In this document: positions 42,777-52,680 of the stretch, piece after piece
Position numbering within the stretch: position 1 is the stretch's first letter
How the letters are laid out: every line of letters starts with the position of its first letter
Translations under genes and position numbers: made by a program
Assembly (NCBI GenBank): GCA_034521595.1
Contig: JAXHMG010000003.1
Coordinates: 480,001-544,000, forward strand
DNA from: Gemmatimonadota bacterium
GTDB taxonomy: Bacteria > Gemmatimonadota > Gemmatimonadetes > Longimicrobiales > Gaopeijiaceae
Length of the DNA stretch: 64,000 bases
Direction of reading: 5' to 3'
The notes under the pieces: model-generated
Databases searched by the model: none
Told to the model about the DNA's origin: nothing
What the model saw: the letters and a program-made list of their open reading frames with translations, nothing else

Positions 42777-43429
42777 CAGAACCATCCGCCGGAGCCCGTC
42801 GAGACCAGCCGTGCGGCGGCGTCCCGCTCCGCGCGTGCCGAGGCGAGGAAGCCGTTGAGGAAGGGGTCACCCGGGGCCTGGCGCACGGCGGCCTGACTGA
42901 CGAGGACGAGGTGTTCGAGCGCGGCATACCGGCTGATGGGATCGACGGATTCCACCTCGGATCCGCTCTGCGCCAGGAGCTCACGGTACTGGCTCATGGC
43001 TTCCACGTAGTTTCGCTCAGCGCTCTCGACCGCGGCCGCGGCGTCATCCAGGTTCGACGCTTCCGTCAGCACCCCAGCCTCGGCGTCGCCCGAGCCACGG
43101 TTGGCCCATCCCGCGCCCGATGCTACTCCGGAAGCAAACAGCAGGAGGGCGGCGGCGAACCGCATCCATGTGGGCGTGCGAGCGAGACCGATACGGCTCA
43201 GGAGCCCCGGGTCGTGCAGCAATCCTTCGGATCGCAGGCGGGCTTCGAGCACGCTCCAATCGTCCCTGGGAGGCAGAATCTCGGGAAGGGAGCCGAGCGC
43301 CCGAGTCTGCTCACCGAGAGCCTCCAACTCGGAAGCGCAAAGCGGGCAGTCCTCGAGGTGTGCCCGCTCTTCCCGGTCGGGGACGTCGTCCACCAACCGT
43401 GCGAGCGTCTCGGTCGTTAGATGCTCCAT
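42776..43429 (-). CDS. zf-HC2 membrane anti-sigma factor
   Basis: HLEDCPLC, TM segment, downstream of ECF sigma. Confidence 0.8.
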   Translation of the reverse strand: MEHLTTETLARLVDDVPDREERAHLEDCPLCASELEALGEQTRALGSLPEILPPRDDWSVLEARLRSEGLLHDPGLLSRIGLARTPTWMRFAAALLLFASGVASGAGWANRGSGDAEAGVLTEASNLDDAAAAVESAERNYVEAMSQYRELLAQSGSEVESVDPISRYAALEHLVLVSQAAVRQAPGDPFLNGFLASARAERDAAARLVSTGSGGWF

Positions 43430-44010
43430 GATTTCACTCCGTGTTCGTGCACGTCAGTCGCGAGACGCGAGAGCATCCGCCTCATCTTCGCTCGAGCCTT
43501 CGACAGCTGTGACTTGGACGTTCCCGGTGTCACCCCGAGAACATCCGCGATCTCGTCGTGTGTATAACCTTCGACGTCGTGGAGGATCAGCACGCGTCGC
43601 ATCCCGTCGGGTAGCTCGTCCAACGCCGTGGAGAGCCGCTGTTGTAGCAACGTGTCCCCATGGCTCGGTGCCACGGGAATGTCCGTCGTACGGGATCCCT
43701 CCTCGGTCGGCGTTTCCCGCTTGGAGCGGGTTCGTGTCTTCCGAAGCGCTTGAAGCGCCGCGTTCACGGCGATCCGGTGCAGCCATGTCGAGAAACGGGC
43801 GTCTCCCCGGAACGTGGGAAGAGCCCGGATTGCCCGGATCCAGGCCTCCTGTGCACAGTCCTGAGCGAGGTCGTCGTCTCCGGCGATGCGGCGCACGACG
43901 GCGTACACCCGTGGCGAGAACCGATCGTATAGCGTCCGGATCGCCCGGGCGTCCCCCTCCGAGGCGCGAGCCAGGAGCTGGTGGTCCGAGTCCGTCGTCT
44001 GTCCATCCAT
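43417..44010 (-). CDS. ECF RNA polymerase sigma factor
   Basis: AQDCAQEAWIRA, FRGDARFSTWLHRIAVN, GYTHDEIA, GTSKSQLSKAR. Confidence 0.92.
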   Translation of the reverse strand: MDGQTTDSDHQLLARASEGDARAIRTLYDRFSPRVYAVVRRIAGDDDLAQDCAQEAWIRAIRALPTFRGDARFSTWLHRIAVNAALQALRKTRTRSKRETPTEEGSRTTDIPVAPSHGDTLLQQRLSTALDELPDGMRRVLILHDVEGYTHDEIADVLGVTPGTSKSQLSKARAKMRRMLSRLATDVHEHGVKSWSI

Positions 44011-44228
44011 CACGCACTGAGATACCACGGGCCGTGCAAAGGGTTGCCGGACCCCCTTCGTGCTTCTCGACGATGGCCTCGGGCGTACGCCAACCGGGCC
44101 AGGTGTCGACCCGCGTCCGTCCCAGCAGCCTGTCGTAACGTTCCTCCGCACTGTAGGATGGCGGCACCGAAGCGCATCGTTTGCCGTCGCGGTCGATGCG
44201 GACCCTGACCAACCAACTCGGAACGCTC

Positions 44229-45416
44229 ATGGACCCCAGCAACCCCCTCCCCGGCGCGAGTCATCTCGAGTGCACCGGAACCGGCGTGGAGTTCGAGAGC
44301 GAACAGCTCATCGGCCTGTCACGGGCCGGGAAGCCTTTGTTCGCCCGTTACGACCTCGAGGCGGTTCGCGAGCGTCTTACGCCCGAGAAAGTCCGTTGCC
44401 GGAGAGCCGACCTCTGGAGGTACGAAGAGGTGCTGCCGGTCCGCGACCGGGCCGCCCAGATCTCCCTCGGCGAAGGGTGGACGCCCCTGCTCGACGCCTC
44501 TCGCACGGCCGCGCGCCTGGGGCTCCGGAAGGTCTGGATCAAGGATGAGGGTCAGAATCCAACCGGTAGCTTCAAGGCCAGGGGGCTGTGCCTCGCGGTC
44601 TCTCGGGCGCTGGAGCTCGGCGCGAAGGAGCTCGCGCTGCCCTCGGCCGGAAACGCGGGAAGCGCTGCCGCCGCGTACGGGGCCGCGGCCGACATGGCAG
44701 TGCACGTCGTCGTCCCCAGGGATACCCCGGCTCCGATCCTCGAGGAGATCGATGCCTTGGGCGCCGATCTGCAGCTTCTCGACGGCTTGATCTCGGATTG
44801 CGGTAAGGTGGTGAAGCGCGGTGTTGAAGAGCACGGCTGGTTCGACCTCTCGACACTGAAAGAGCCGTATCGGGTCGAAGGCAAGAAGACGATGGGGTAC
44901 GAGCTATTCGAGCAGCTCGGACGCCTTCCTGACGCCATCGTGTATCCCACGGGCGGGGGGACGGGGCTTATCGGTATGTGGAAGGCGTTCGACGAGATGG
45001 AACGGCTCGGTTGGATCGGTCCGGAGCGTCCGAAGATGTTCACCGTGCAGGCGGCGGGTTGTGCTCCCATGGTCCGAGCATGGCAGGCCGGGATGGAGTA
45101 CGCGGAACCCTGGCAGGGCGCGGCTACCTACGCCTCCGGTCTCCGGGTCCCTGGGGCGGTGGGCGACTTCCTGATCCTCCGTGCTCTGCGGGCGTCGTCG
45201 GGCGGCGCGGTAGCGGTTCCGGACCCGGCCATGGCGGAGTGGGTTGCCCGCCTCGGCGCGGACACCGGCGTCTTCGCCGCGCCGGAGGGTGGTGCGACGG
45301 CCGCCGCGGCCGAGATGTTGCTCGAGATGGGGATGATCGGCCAAGATGAAGAGGTGGTTCTCTTCAACACCGGAAGCGGACTCAAGTATGTCGGGATGGA
45401 ACCTCTACAGGGCTAG
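44229..45416 (+). CDS. thrC: Threonine synthase-like fold-type II PLP enzyme
   Basis: LWRY..LP, SLGEGWTPL, NPTGSFKARG, PSAGNAG, EGKKTMGYE, YPTGGGTG; alternative start 44196. Confidence 0.8.
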   Translation: MDPSNPLPGASHLECTGTGVEFESEQLIGLSRAGKPLFARYDLEAVRERLTPEKVRCRRADLWRYEEVLPVRDRAAQISLGEGWTPLLDASRTAARLGLRKVWIKDEGQNPTGSFKARGLCLAVSRALELGAKELALPSAGNAGSAAAAYGAAADMAVHVVVPRDTPAPILEEIDALGADLQLLDGLISDCGKVVKRGVEEHGWFDLSTLKEPYRVEGKKTMGYELFEQLGRLPDAIVYPTGGGTGLIGMWKAFDEMERLGWIGPERPKMFTVQAAGCAPMVRAWQAGMEYAEPWQGAATYASGLRVPGAVGDFLILRALRASSGGAVAVPDPAMAEWVARLGADTGVFAAPEGGATAAAAEMLLEMGMIGQDEEVVLFNTGSGLKYVGMEPLQG

Positions 45417-45515
45417 CAGTGCCGTATGGTGCGAGAGCGGTGAGGTCGAGAGGGCATCGCTCGGACGGGGCGTGCCCTTCCGGGTGGAGGCTGCGCCGCA
45501 CCGGCAGGAGGGGTC

Positions 45516-45761
45516 GTGCTGGGGGTGCTGATCTGGTTCGCCTTCGGAGCGCTCGCGGTGCTCGGCGGGCTGGAGGTCCGTAAGCGGTTGTGGCGCTCGA
45601 AGGACGGCGGCCGAGCGACGTTGGACGACGAAGCCGTGCAGCGTATTCTCGACACCGGAAGGGTCTCGGTGGAGGAGGAACCGCCCTTGGATCTCGACGA
45701 GATCGAGGAGGCCGAGGAGCGATTCTGGTCGGAGTCCTGGGACGAGCCGGAGGAGCTCTAG
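45516..45761 (+). CDS. Small membrane-anchored protein with acidic tail
   Basis: AGGAGG RBS; N-terminal TM; EEAEERFWSESWDEPEEL. Confidence 0.65.
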   Translation: MLGVLIWFAFGALAVLGGLEVRKRLWRSKDGGRATLDDEAVQRILDTGRVSVEEEPPLDLDEIEEAEERFWSESWDEPEEL

Positions 45762-45806
45762 ACCGGCCTTCCGGCGGTCATTGCGAGTCTGGGTTCAGGC
45801 TCCCGC

Positions 45807-46337
45807 TCAGTGGGTCCAGCGATAGTAGATGCCGGGCAGCGGCACGAGCCGCTCGTTCAGGGGACGTTCGTCGGTCGGGTCGGGTCGGCGGACGGCGAGC
45901 GCCCGGTTGAGGGCCACGGAGGCACCGGCGGAGTGGCGACCGTGGACGGTCCAATCCACCCCGATCGGCATCCTGGCGACGAGCGCCAGGCCGGTCCCTT
46001 CGTCCGAAGCCGCGAGCACGCCCCAGAGCCCGATCCCGACGAACGGGCGGGCGGCACGACCTCCGACGTACTGTTTTCCCACCACCGAGACCCCGACGTC
46101 ACGGAAGCTGAACGTCCCGAGCGTGACATCGATGCTGCGGCTGTCACGAAAGGCCTCGAAGGTCACCCCGACCGTGCTGATGCCGCCGAAGGTTATGCCG
46201 ACCCGCCACCCGGTTCCGGCATTCGAGCCTTGAGCGGCCAGGACGGTCGGCGCGACGGCCGGTAGGAGCAGCAAAAGGCTCAGGGCCACGAGGGGGCGGC
46301 TTCCGGTGCTCGGGCGCTTCTTCGACACGGCCCTCAT
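45807..46337 (-). CDS. Exported small beta-barrel-like protein
   Basis: Signal peptide, amphipathic strands, ATGA overlap with TonB receptor. Confidence 0.65.
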   Translation of the reverse strand: MRAVSKKRPSTGSRPLVALSLLLLLPAVAPTVLAAQGSNAGTGWRVGITFGGISTVGVTFEAFRDSRSIDVTLGTFSFRDVGVSVVGKQYVGGRAARPFVGIGLWGVLAASDEGTGLALVARMPIGVDWTVHGRHSAGASVALNRALAVRRPDPTDERPLNERLVPLPGIYYRWTH

Positions 46338-48430
46338 CCGCCCCACGAGACGTCGACCCCGACCCTGAAGGTTCGTCCGGGCCCGGGCTCGAAGTAGCGG
46401 CCACCGAACGCGTTGACCGTGACGGAGCCGGTGTACCGGCGATCGAAGAGGTTCGAGATCGCGACGTATGGTGAGAGCCGTGCCGATCCGCTCCCGACTC
46501 GCTCCAAGCCGGCCCGAAGGTCCGCGATCACGTACGCATCCGCCGTCGTGTCCCCCGCGTCATTGGTCGGAACGTCGTCCTGGTACAACGCGCGCACCTC
46601 GACGAACCCGGACCCGTGCGTGAGCGAGCCGAGCGCATCGAGCCGGTGAGGAGCGAGCCCCGGAATCCGGTTGCCGGAGAAGTCCTCGCTGTCCGTGATG
46701 TAGCGCTCGAAGCGCGCGTCGACGCGCGTGTACGAGACTCTGACCTCCGCGTTCGGGAAGGGCGTACCTTCCGCCGTGACCTCCCAGCCCGTGTGGTGTG
46801 ATGCGCCCGCGTTGCGGAAATATTGGCGACCGGGATCGGTCGGAACTTCGAAAGAAATCAGCTCTCCTTCAAGGTCGGTCCGGAACAACGTGGCTTCGAG
46901 AGCCCACCGTGCCCGTCGGGCACGGACACCGCCTTCGAACGTCACACCGGTTTGTGGCTCGAGCTCGGGATTGAAGCCGCCCGCGCCCGTCGGACGATTC
47001 ACGAGCTCGGTCGTGGTGGGCGATTCGAACGAGCGGGCCACCGACCCGAAGAGCTCGATGCCGGATCCCGCATCGACGACCACACCTCCCGAGGGGCTGA
47101 TCGCGCTCATCGTTCGGCTTCCGGAGTCGTCGGGGTCACCGTCCTCGACGAAGCGGTCGTCCGCGGAGAACCGGATCCGGTCGTAGCGGAGCCCTCCGAG
47201 CAGGGAGATACCGCCATCGAAATCCAACCGGAGCTGACCGAACAGACCTGCGGCACGCACCTGCTCGAGCTGTGAGAGGGTCAGCGCGCCCTTGCTGCCG
47301 CCGTCGTTCTCCCAATTGACACGGTCGTCGCGCTGAATCTCGAGCTCAGCTCCCGCTCCGAGCGTCAGCGTGCCGAAGTCCAGGCCGATCGGACGATTGA
47401 CGATCGCCCGGCTCCCTCCCGCGTTCCGGTCCACACCGATGACGGTGCCCGGAATCGGGTTCTCGAGCTCGCGGCGGATGCCCCACACGGACAGTTCCGT
47501 CGTCCGTGCGCCGGATCGTTCGGACCACGTCGCCCCGAGCTGCCCTTGCCGGACTTCCTTGCGGGTCCGGCTCCGCACGTTGAAGGCCCAGGCCGATCGG
47601 TCTTCGTTCCCGACCATCTCTTCGGGAAGTGATCCCGGGTTGTCCGCATCGAGGTCCACGCCGTTCACCACGAACCGCAACGTTCCCCCACCGGCGGGCA
47701 CGCTCGCGACCCCGTTTACGGTCGAGCGCCTGGCCTTCCCGTAGGTGCTCCCGTCGTCCGCGACGGGATCTCTCCGGAATCCGTCGTACTCGAGGTGGTT
47801 GAAGCCGAATCGGTATCCGCCTTCGCCGACGTCGCCGTTCGCGGATCCCTGGACGGTGAGAAGGCCGTGGCTTCCCGCGGTCGTTCCGAACCGGGCACCG
47901 GAGGGCTGACGTGAGGGGTCGATTGTCCGAAAGTGGAGGACTCCTCCGGCCGCATTACCGTAGAGGGTGGCGTTCGGTCCCCGCAGCACTTCCACGCGGC
48001 CGAGGCTCGAGAGGTCGAGGTGGTCGAGCGTGGACTGGCCGTCGGGAAGGGTCGCGGGGATGCCGTCCACCAGGGCGCGGACGCCCCGGATGCCGAACTG
48101 GGCCCGGGGTCCGAATCCACGGATGGAGAGCCGCTCTCCGACCGCGAAGTTGAAGCGATTCTGGATCTGCACTCCCGGGACGGCGCGGAGCGCTTCCTCG
48201 AGGAACGCGTCGGCGGACCCGCGACGCAGCTCTTCTCCCTCGGCGACCGTGACGGCGTGGGGCGTGCCGGTGCCGATGGAGCTGCCGAGGACGCGGACGA
48301 AGAGGGGTGCGAGCTCGACGGTGGAGTCGGCGGGCTCCTGTGCCGCGGTTGACGGGACGGCCACGGTGGCCGAAGCCACGAGGGCGACGTGGAAGACCTT
48401 GGCTGGACGTCGCGCGAATGCCTTGTGCAT
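46334..48430 (-). CDS. TonB-dependent receptor (YncD-like)
   Basis: LSIRGFGPRAQFGIRGV..DGIP, EVLRGP..LYGNAAGGV, NLFDRRY, YFEPGPGRTF. Confidence 0.9.
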   Translation of the reverse strand: MHKAFARRPAKVFHVALVASATVAVPSTAAQEPADSTVELAPLFVRVLGSSIGTGTPHAVTVAEGEELRRGSADAFLEEALRAVPGVQIQNRFNFAVGERLSIRGFGPRAQFGIRGVRALVDGIPATLPDGQSTLDHLDLSSLGRVEVLRGPNATLYGNAAGGVLHFRTIDPSRQPSGARFGTTAGSHGLLTVQGSANGDVGEGGYRFGFNHLEYDGFRRDPVADDGSTYGKARRSTVNGVASVPAGGGTLRFVVNGVDLDADNPGSLPEEMVGNEDRSAWAFNVRSRTRKEVRQGQLGATWSERSGARTTELSVWGIRRELENPIPGTVIGVDRNAGGSRAIVNRPIGLDFGTLTLGAGAELEIQRDDRVNWENDGGSKGALTLSQLEQVRAAGLFGQLRLDFDGGISLLGGLRYDRIRFSADDRFVEDGDPDDSGSRTMSAISPSGGVVVDAGSGIELFGSVARSFESPTTTELVNRPTGAGGFNPELEPQTGVTFEGGVRARRARWALEATLFRTDLEGELISFEVPTDPGRQYFRNAGASHHTGWEVTAEGTPFPNAEVRVSYTRVDARFERYITDSEDFSGNRIPGLAPHRLDALGSLTHGSGFVEVRALYQDDVPTNDAGDTTADAYVIADLRAGLERVGSGSARLSPYVAISNLFDRRYTGSVTVNAFGGRYFEPGPGRTFRVGVDVSWGG

Positions 48431-48581
48431 CGAGACGGGTACCTCGTTCGAAGTTCCGGTGAAGCCCACACGCCGATGAAGATATCGCCGCGGCTCCTTC
48501 GCGTCTTCCGTTCCCGGGTCACGGGTCGCGGACACAGCCGGGTGGGGTGACTCTCCGGCAGGGGTCTAGCTAGCTTGGCGC

Positions 48582-49910
48582 ATGCAACCACAGCAACGAG
48601 AATACACCCCGGCCGCGCATCTCCGGGCCCGTCGCGCAGCGGCTTTTCGGGCTTTGGCCGCCGACGTCATGGTTCTTGCCGCGGCCCCGGTTCAGTACGC
48701 GTCTCGGGACACGGACCGCCCGTACCGTCCCGACAGCGAGCTCTTCTACCTCACCGGAGCGACGGAGCCCGACACGGTCGCGGTCTTCGTCGGTGGCGAC
48801 GTCCCGGAATGGATCCTCTTCGTTCCGCCCCGCGATCCCGATGCCGAGCTCTGGGCGGGACCGCGGCTGGGTCCCGAAGAAGCTGCCGAGCGCCTCCAAC
48901 CCGACGCTTGTTACCCGAGCACCGAGCTCGAGGAGCGACTCCCCGACCTGCTGGCTCGGGGGCGTCGCATCCACTACCGGCTGGGAACCGGGGACCGCGT
49001 GGAACGGTGCGTGCTGAGCGCGTTGACTCGAGCGAGGACCCGGGGACCGAGAACCGGCACGGGACCGCGCGGCGTCTTGGATCCGGGAGGCATTCTGGAC
49101 GAGCTGCGGCTCCGCAAGGACTCGCACGAGATCGACCGGTTGCGGGCCGCGGCGGAGCTCACGCTGGATGGTCAGCGTGAGGCCGCGCGGGTGGTGCGCC
49201 CGGGAGTCGGAGAGTGGGAAGTCCAGGCCGAGCTGGAAGCGACGTTCGCACGGGCGAAGGCCGCTCCGGCGTTCGGTACGATCGTCGGCGCCGGGCGGAA
49301 CGCCTGTGTGTTGCACTATCGTGCGAACGACGCACCCATCCCTGAGGACGGGCTCGTCCTCGTGGATGCGGGAGCCGAGCTCGACCTCTACAACGGGGAC
49401 GTGACCCGGACGTATCCGGCGAAGGGCCGGTTTTCCGACGCGCAGCGCCGGATCTACGACCTCGTGGAGGCTGCTCGGCGGACCGCGGTCGATGCCGTCG
49501 CCCCCGGCCGAGCGGTCGGCGAGGTGCACGATGCCGCGGTACACGTGCTGGTCGCCGGACTTCGCGATCTGGGCATCCTGGACGGTGATGTGGGCGCGCT
49601 GGTCGAAGCCGGGGCACACAAGCCTTATTTTCCACATCAGACATCGCACTGGCTCGGATTGGATGTGCACGATCCCGGTGACTACGCCTGGAACGGCGCA
49701 TCTCGAACGCTCGAGGCCGACATGGTCCTGACCGTCGAGCCGGCTCTCTACTTTCGGCCGGGTGGTGCGGTGGAAGCGGAGCCGTATACCGGCATCGGCG
49801 TTCGTATCGAAGACGATGTCCTGGTCACGGAGACCGGACACGAAAATCTCACAGCGAACCTTCCCACGGCTTCACACGATGTCGAAGCCCTTTTGGACGA
49901 AATACGATGA
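48582..49910 (+). CDS. pepP: Xaa-Pro aminopeptidase
   Basis: YRPDSELFYLTG, LHY, DAG, GDVTRT, HWLGLDVHD, TVEP, GIGVRIEDD. Confidence 0.9.
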   Translation: MQPQQREYTPAAHLRARRAAAFRALAADVMVLAAAPVQYASRDTDRPYRPDSELFYLTGATEPDTVAVFVGGDVPEWILFVPPRDPDAELWAGPRLGPEEAAERLQPDACYPSTELEERLPDLLARGRRIHYRLGTGDRVERCVLSALTRARTRGPRTGTGPRGVLDPGGILDELRLRKDSHEIDRLRAAAELTLDGQREAARVVRPGVGEWEVQAELEATFARAKAAPAFGTIVGAGRNACVLHYRANDAPIPEDGLVLVDAGAELDLYNGDVTRTYPAKGRFSDAQRRIYDLVEAARRTAVDAVAPGRAVGEVHDAAVHVLVAGLRDLGILDGDVGALVEAGAHKPYFPHQTSHWLGLDVHDPGDYAWNGASRTLEADMVLTVEPALYFRPGGAVEAEPYTGIGVRIEDDVLVTETGHENLTANLPTASHDVEALLDEIR

Positions 49911-50773
49911 CAGTGAGCACACCGGAGACCCGCACGTTGCTACTCGAGGAACTCGAGCGCCCGGAGCCGTTCGTCTCGGTCGAGGTTCGACCGCCCAAGG
50001 CGGGGCTCGATCCAGCCGGCGGAATGTCGGCATGGATCGACCTACACCACGCTCTGGGGCGGTTGGCGCGCGACGGACGGTTCGTCTTCCTCACCGACAA
50101 CGCCGTCGGGGCCGAGGAGGAGGAGAGCCTCGCGCACGTCGGAGCGAACGTCGGCGATACCGTGGATCTGCGCCATATCGTGCCGATCCTCACCTGTAAG
50201 CATTCGCTCGATTACTGCAAGATGTTCGCGTCGAGAGCCGCGTCGGACGGCTTCGAGACCCTCACCGTGCTGGGTGGGGACAAGAGCGTAGGTGCCCCAC
50301 GCTGCGTCCCGCACGGCCGGGACCTGCGAGAGATCATTCGTGAGCGTATTCCGTCGCTCGCGCTGGGGGGGTGGGTCAATCCGCACCGGGATCCGGAGCA
50401 GCAGCTGGACTTTCTGACCGCGGAGAATGCCTACAACGACTACGCGCTAGGTCAGATCGTCTCCCATCACTCGCTCGGTGAGGTGGAGCGGTTCCTGGAG
50501 GCTGCGGACCGTAGGGGAGTCGATATCCCCATGGTCTTCGGAGTGTTCTTCTATCGCAGCGCGAACCCTCGGACCCTGTCCTTGCTTTCCGACTTCTTTC
50601 CGGTGCCGGTCGAGGAACTCAAGAGGGAGTTCGAAGAGGGACAGACCGCCGAGGACATCCTCGCCCGCACTATCCGGGATCTCCGCTCCATCGGAGCCGA
50701 CAAGGTCTACGTGAGCAATCTGCCGACGCGAGGCATCGACCGCGCGCTCGAGCGGGTGCTCGAACGGGTGTAG
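49907..50773 (+). CDS. Divergent methylenetetrahydrofolate-reductase-like protein
   Basis: SVEVRPPK, LTDN, PILTCK, VLGGD, IPMVFGV resemble the MTHFR TIM barrel. Confidence 0.65.
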   Translation: MTVSTPETRTLLLEELERPEPFVSVEVRPPKAGLDPAGGMSAWIDLHHALGRLARDGRFVFLTDNAVGAEEEESLAHVGANVGDTVDLRHIVPILTCKHSLDYCKMFASRAASDGFETLTVLGGDKSVGAPRCVPHGRDLREIIRERIPSLALGGWVNPHRDPEQQLDFLTAENAYNDYALGQIVSHHSLGEVERFLEAADRRGVDIPMVFGVFFYRSANPRTLSLLSDFFPVPVEELKREFEEGQTAEDILARTIRDLRSIGADKVYVSNLPTRGIDRALERVLERV

Positions 50774-50829
50774 CAGCCCGGCCGGTGTCGGGTGCGGGGC
50801 CTCCCGCACCCGTCACGTCCGGGACCGAG

Positions 50830-52680
50830 TCAGCCCGTGGCTCGGAGCTCGCCTTCCTGGACGACGCGGAGCGCGACGTCGGTCCTACGGGCTGGAGCGT
50901 TCACGTGGAATCCCTGAACCAGGGGGCGCACGGCTTCGATCGTTTCCAATGCGATCCGGACGCCTTCTTCGAGGGCCCCGTCCTTCCCACCGGACTCTTC
51001 GGCCTCGCGCATGCGCTCCACGACGCGTTCCGGCACCTTGACGCCGGGCATTTCGTTGGCGAGGAACTCGGCGTTTCGTAGGTCCACGAGCGGCCAGATG
51101 CCGGCGATGACCGGGATGGGATGGGGGGCCGCCTCCAGGAAGCGCTCGAGCGCCGTAGGGTCGAAGATCGGCTGTGTGATGGCGAAGTCCGCACCGGCTT
51201 CCACCTTGTAGGAGAACCGACGGAGCTCCCGCTCCTGATCGACCGCGCCCTGGTTGATCGCGATCCCCTGAACGAACTCCGTCGGCTTGCCGATGGAGTT
51301 CCCGCCGGGATCGACACCCCGGTTGAGGCCCTGGATGACGTTGGTGAGCCCGATGGCGTCGATATCGAACACGGCCGTGGCGTCGGGATAAGGGCCCATC
51401 GCCGGGAGGTCCCCCGTGACCACGATCAGGTTGTGGAGACCCGAAGCCGCCGCACCCAGGAGATCCGAGATCATCCCGAGCATGTTCTTGTCCCGACACG
51501 TATAGTGGAGCAGCGTCTCGATCCCGACCTCACGCTCGATGACGGTGCAGGCCGAAAGGGCGCTCATGTGGCTGCGAACCACGGGACTTTCGAGGACTTC
51601 CACGGCGTCCACGCCGGCGACCTTGAGCTCCCTGGCTCGCTCCACGAGCTCGTCTGTCGCCCACCCGTCGGGCGGCAAGAGCTCGACCGAGACCACGGGT
51701 TCGCCCCGTGCCAGCTTCCGGCCCCAGGCTGATCGGTGCTCCAGGGGAACCTTCGCCGCTTCCGCCGGCTCGGCTTCGGGGGGCTCAGCCGGCACTCGAA
51801 TAGACGCGTGCCGCGGCTGTGTCGACGCTACCCCTGCTCGAATCTCGCGGATGTGATCCGGAGTCGTGCCGCAACAACCCCCTACGAAGCGAACGCCCAC
51901 ATCGATCATACGAAGGGCGTATTGCGCCATGTATTCCGGGCTCGCGAGATACATGGTGCGGTCACCGACCGTCCGGGGAAGCCCCGCGTTCGGTTGCGCG
52001 ACCAGCGGAAGCGATGTGGCGTGGGCCATGGCCTCGATCGCGTCCAACATGACGGCGGGCCCGACCGAGCAATTGAGCCCCACCACGTCGACACCGAGGT
52101 CGGTGAGCGCGCGCGCGATCTGTCCGGAATCCGCGCCGTAGGAGGTGCGACCGTCCTGGCCCACCGTCATCTGCGCGACGACGGGAAGGTCGGTGCGTTC
52201 CCGCACGGCTCCGAGGGCACATTCGATCTCGGTCAGGTCGGAGAACGTCTCCAGCACGAGGCCGTGCACGCCCCCTTCGAGGAGCCCGTCGACCTGTCTG
52301 CCGAAGTAGGCACGGGCCTCATCTCGGGAGGTCGGCCCGAACGGCTCGACCCGGATTCCGAGCGGGCCCACCGCACCCGCGACCGAGACCTCGTTGCCCG
52401 CCGCTTCGAGGGCGATCCCGGCCGCGGCCCGGTTGAGCTCTTCGGTGCGGTCGGCCAGACCGTACGCGGAGAGCTTCACCGGGTTGGCGCCGAAAGTGTT
52501 GGTCTCCAGGATCTCGGCGCCCGCGGCCACGTACTCGGCGTGAATGCGCCGGACCGTGTCCGGATGGTCCAGGTTCAGCTCGTCGTAGCAGACATTGACG
52601 AACACGCCCCGACTGTACAAGAGCGTGCCCATCGCGCCGTCGAAGACATGGACCCGACCGTCCTCGATCAGGTGCTTCAA
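50830..52680 (-). CDS. Bifunctional homocysteine S-methyltransferase / MTHFR (YitJ-like)
   Basis: [26 protein letters not shown]; then SVELLPP, HYTCRD, VTGD, ITQPIFD; TTG start overlaps metH stop. Confidence 0.9.
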   Translation of the reverse strand: MKHLIEDGRVHVFDGAMGTLLYSRGVFVNVCYDELNLDHPDTVRRIHAEYVAAGAEILETNTFGANPVKLSAYGLADRTEELNRAAAGIALEAAGNEVSVAGAVGPLGIRVEPFGPTSRDEARAYFGRQVDGLLEGGVHGLVLETFSDLTEIECALGAVRERTDLPVVAQMTVGQDGRTSYGADSGQIARALTDLGVDVVGLNCSVGPAVMLDAIEAMAHATSLPLVAQPNAGLPRTVGDRTMYLASPEYMAQYALRMIDVGVRFVGGCCGTTPDHIREIRAGVASTQPRHASIRVPAEPPEAEPAEAAKVPLEHRSAWGRKLARGEPVVSVELLPPDGWATDELVERARELKVAGVDAVEVLESPVVRSHMSALSACTVIEREVGIETLLHYTCRDKNMLGMISDLLGAAASGLHNLIVVTGDLPAMGPYPDATAVFDIDAIGLTNVIQGLNRGVDPGGNSIGKPTEFVQGIAINQGAVDQERELRRFSYKVEAGADFAITQPIFDPTALERFLEAAPHPIPVIAGIWPLVDLRNAEFLANEMPGVKVPERVVERMREAEESGGKDGALEEGVRIALETIEAVRPLVQGFHVNAPARRTDVALRVVQEGELRATG

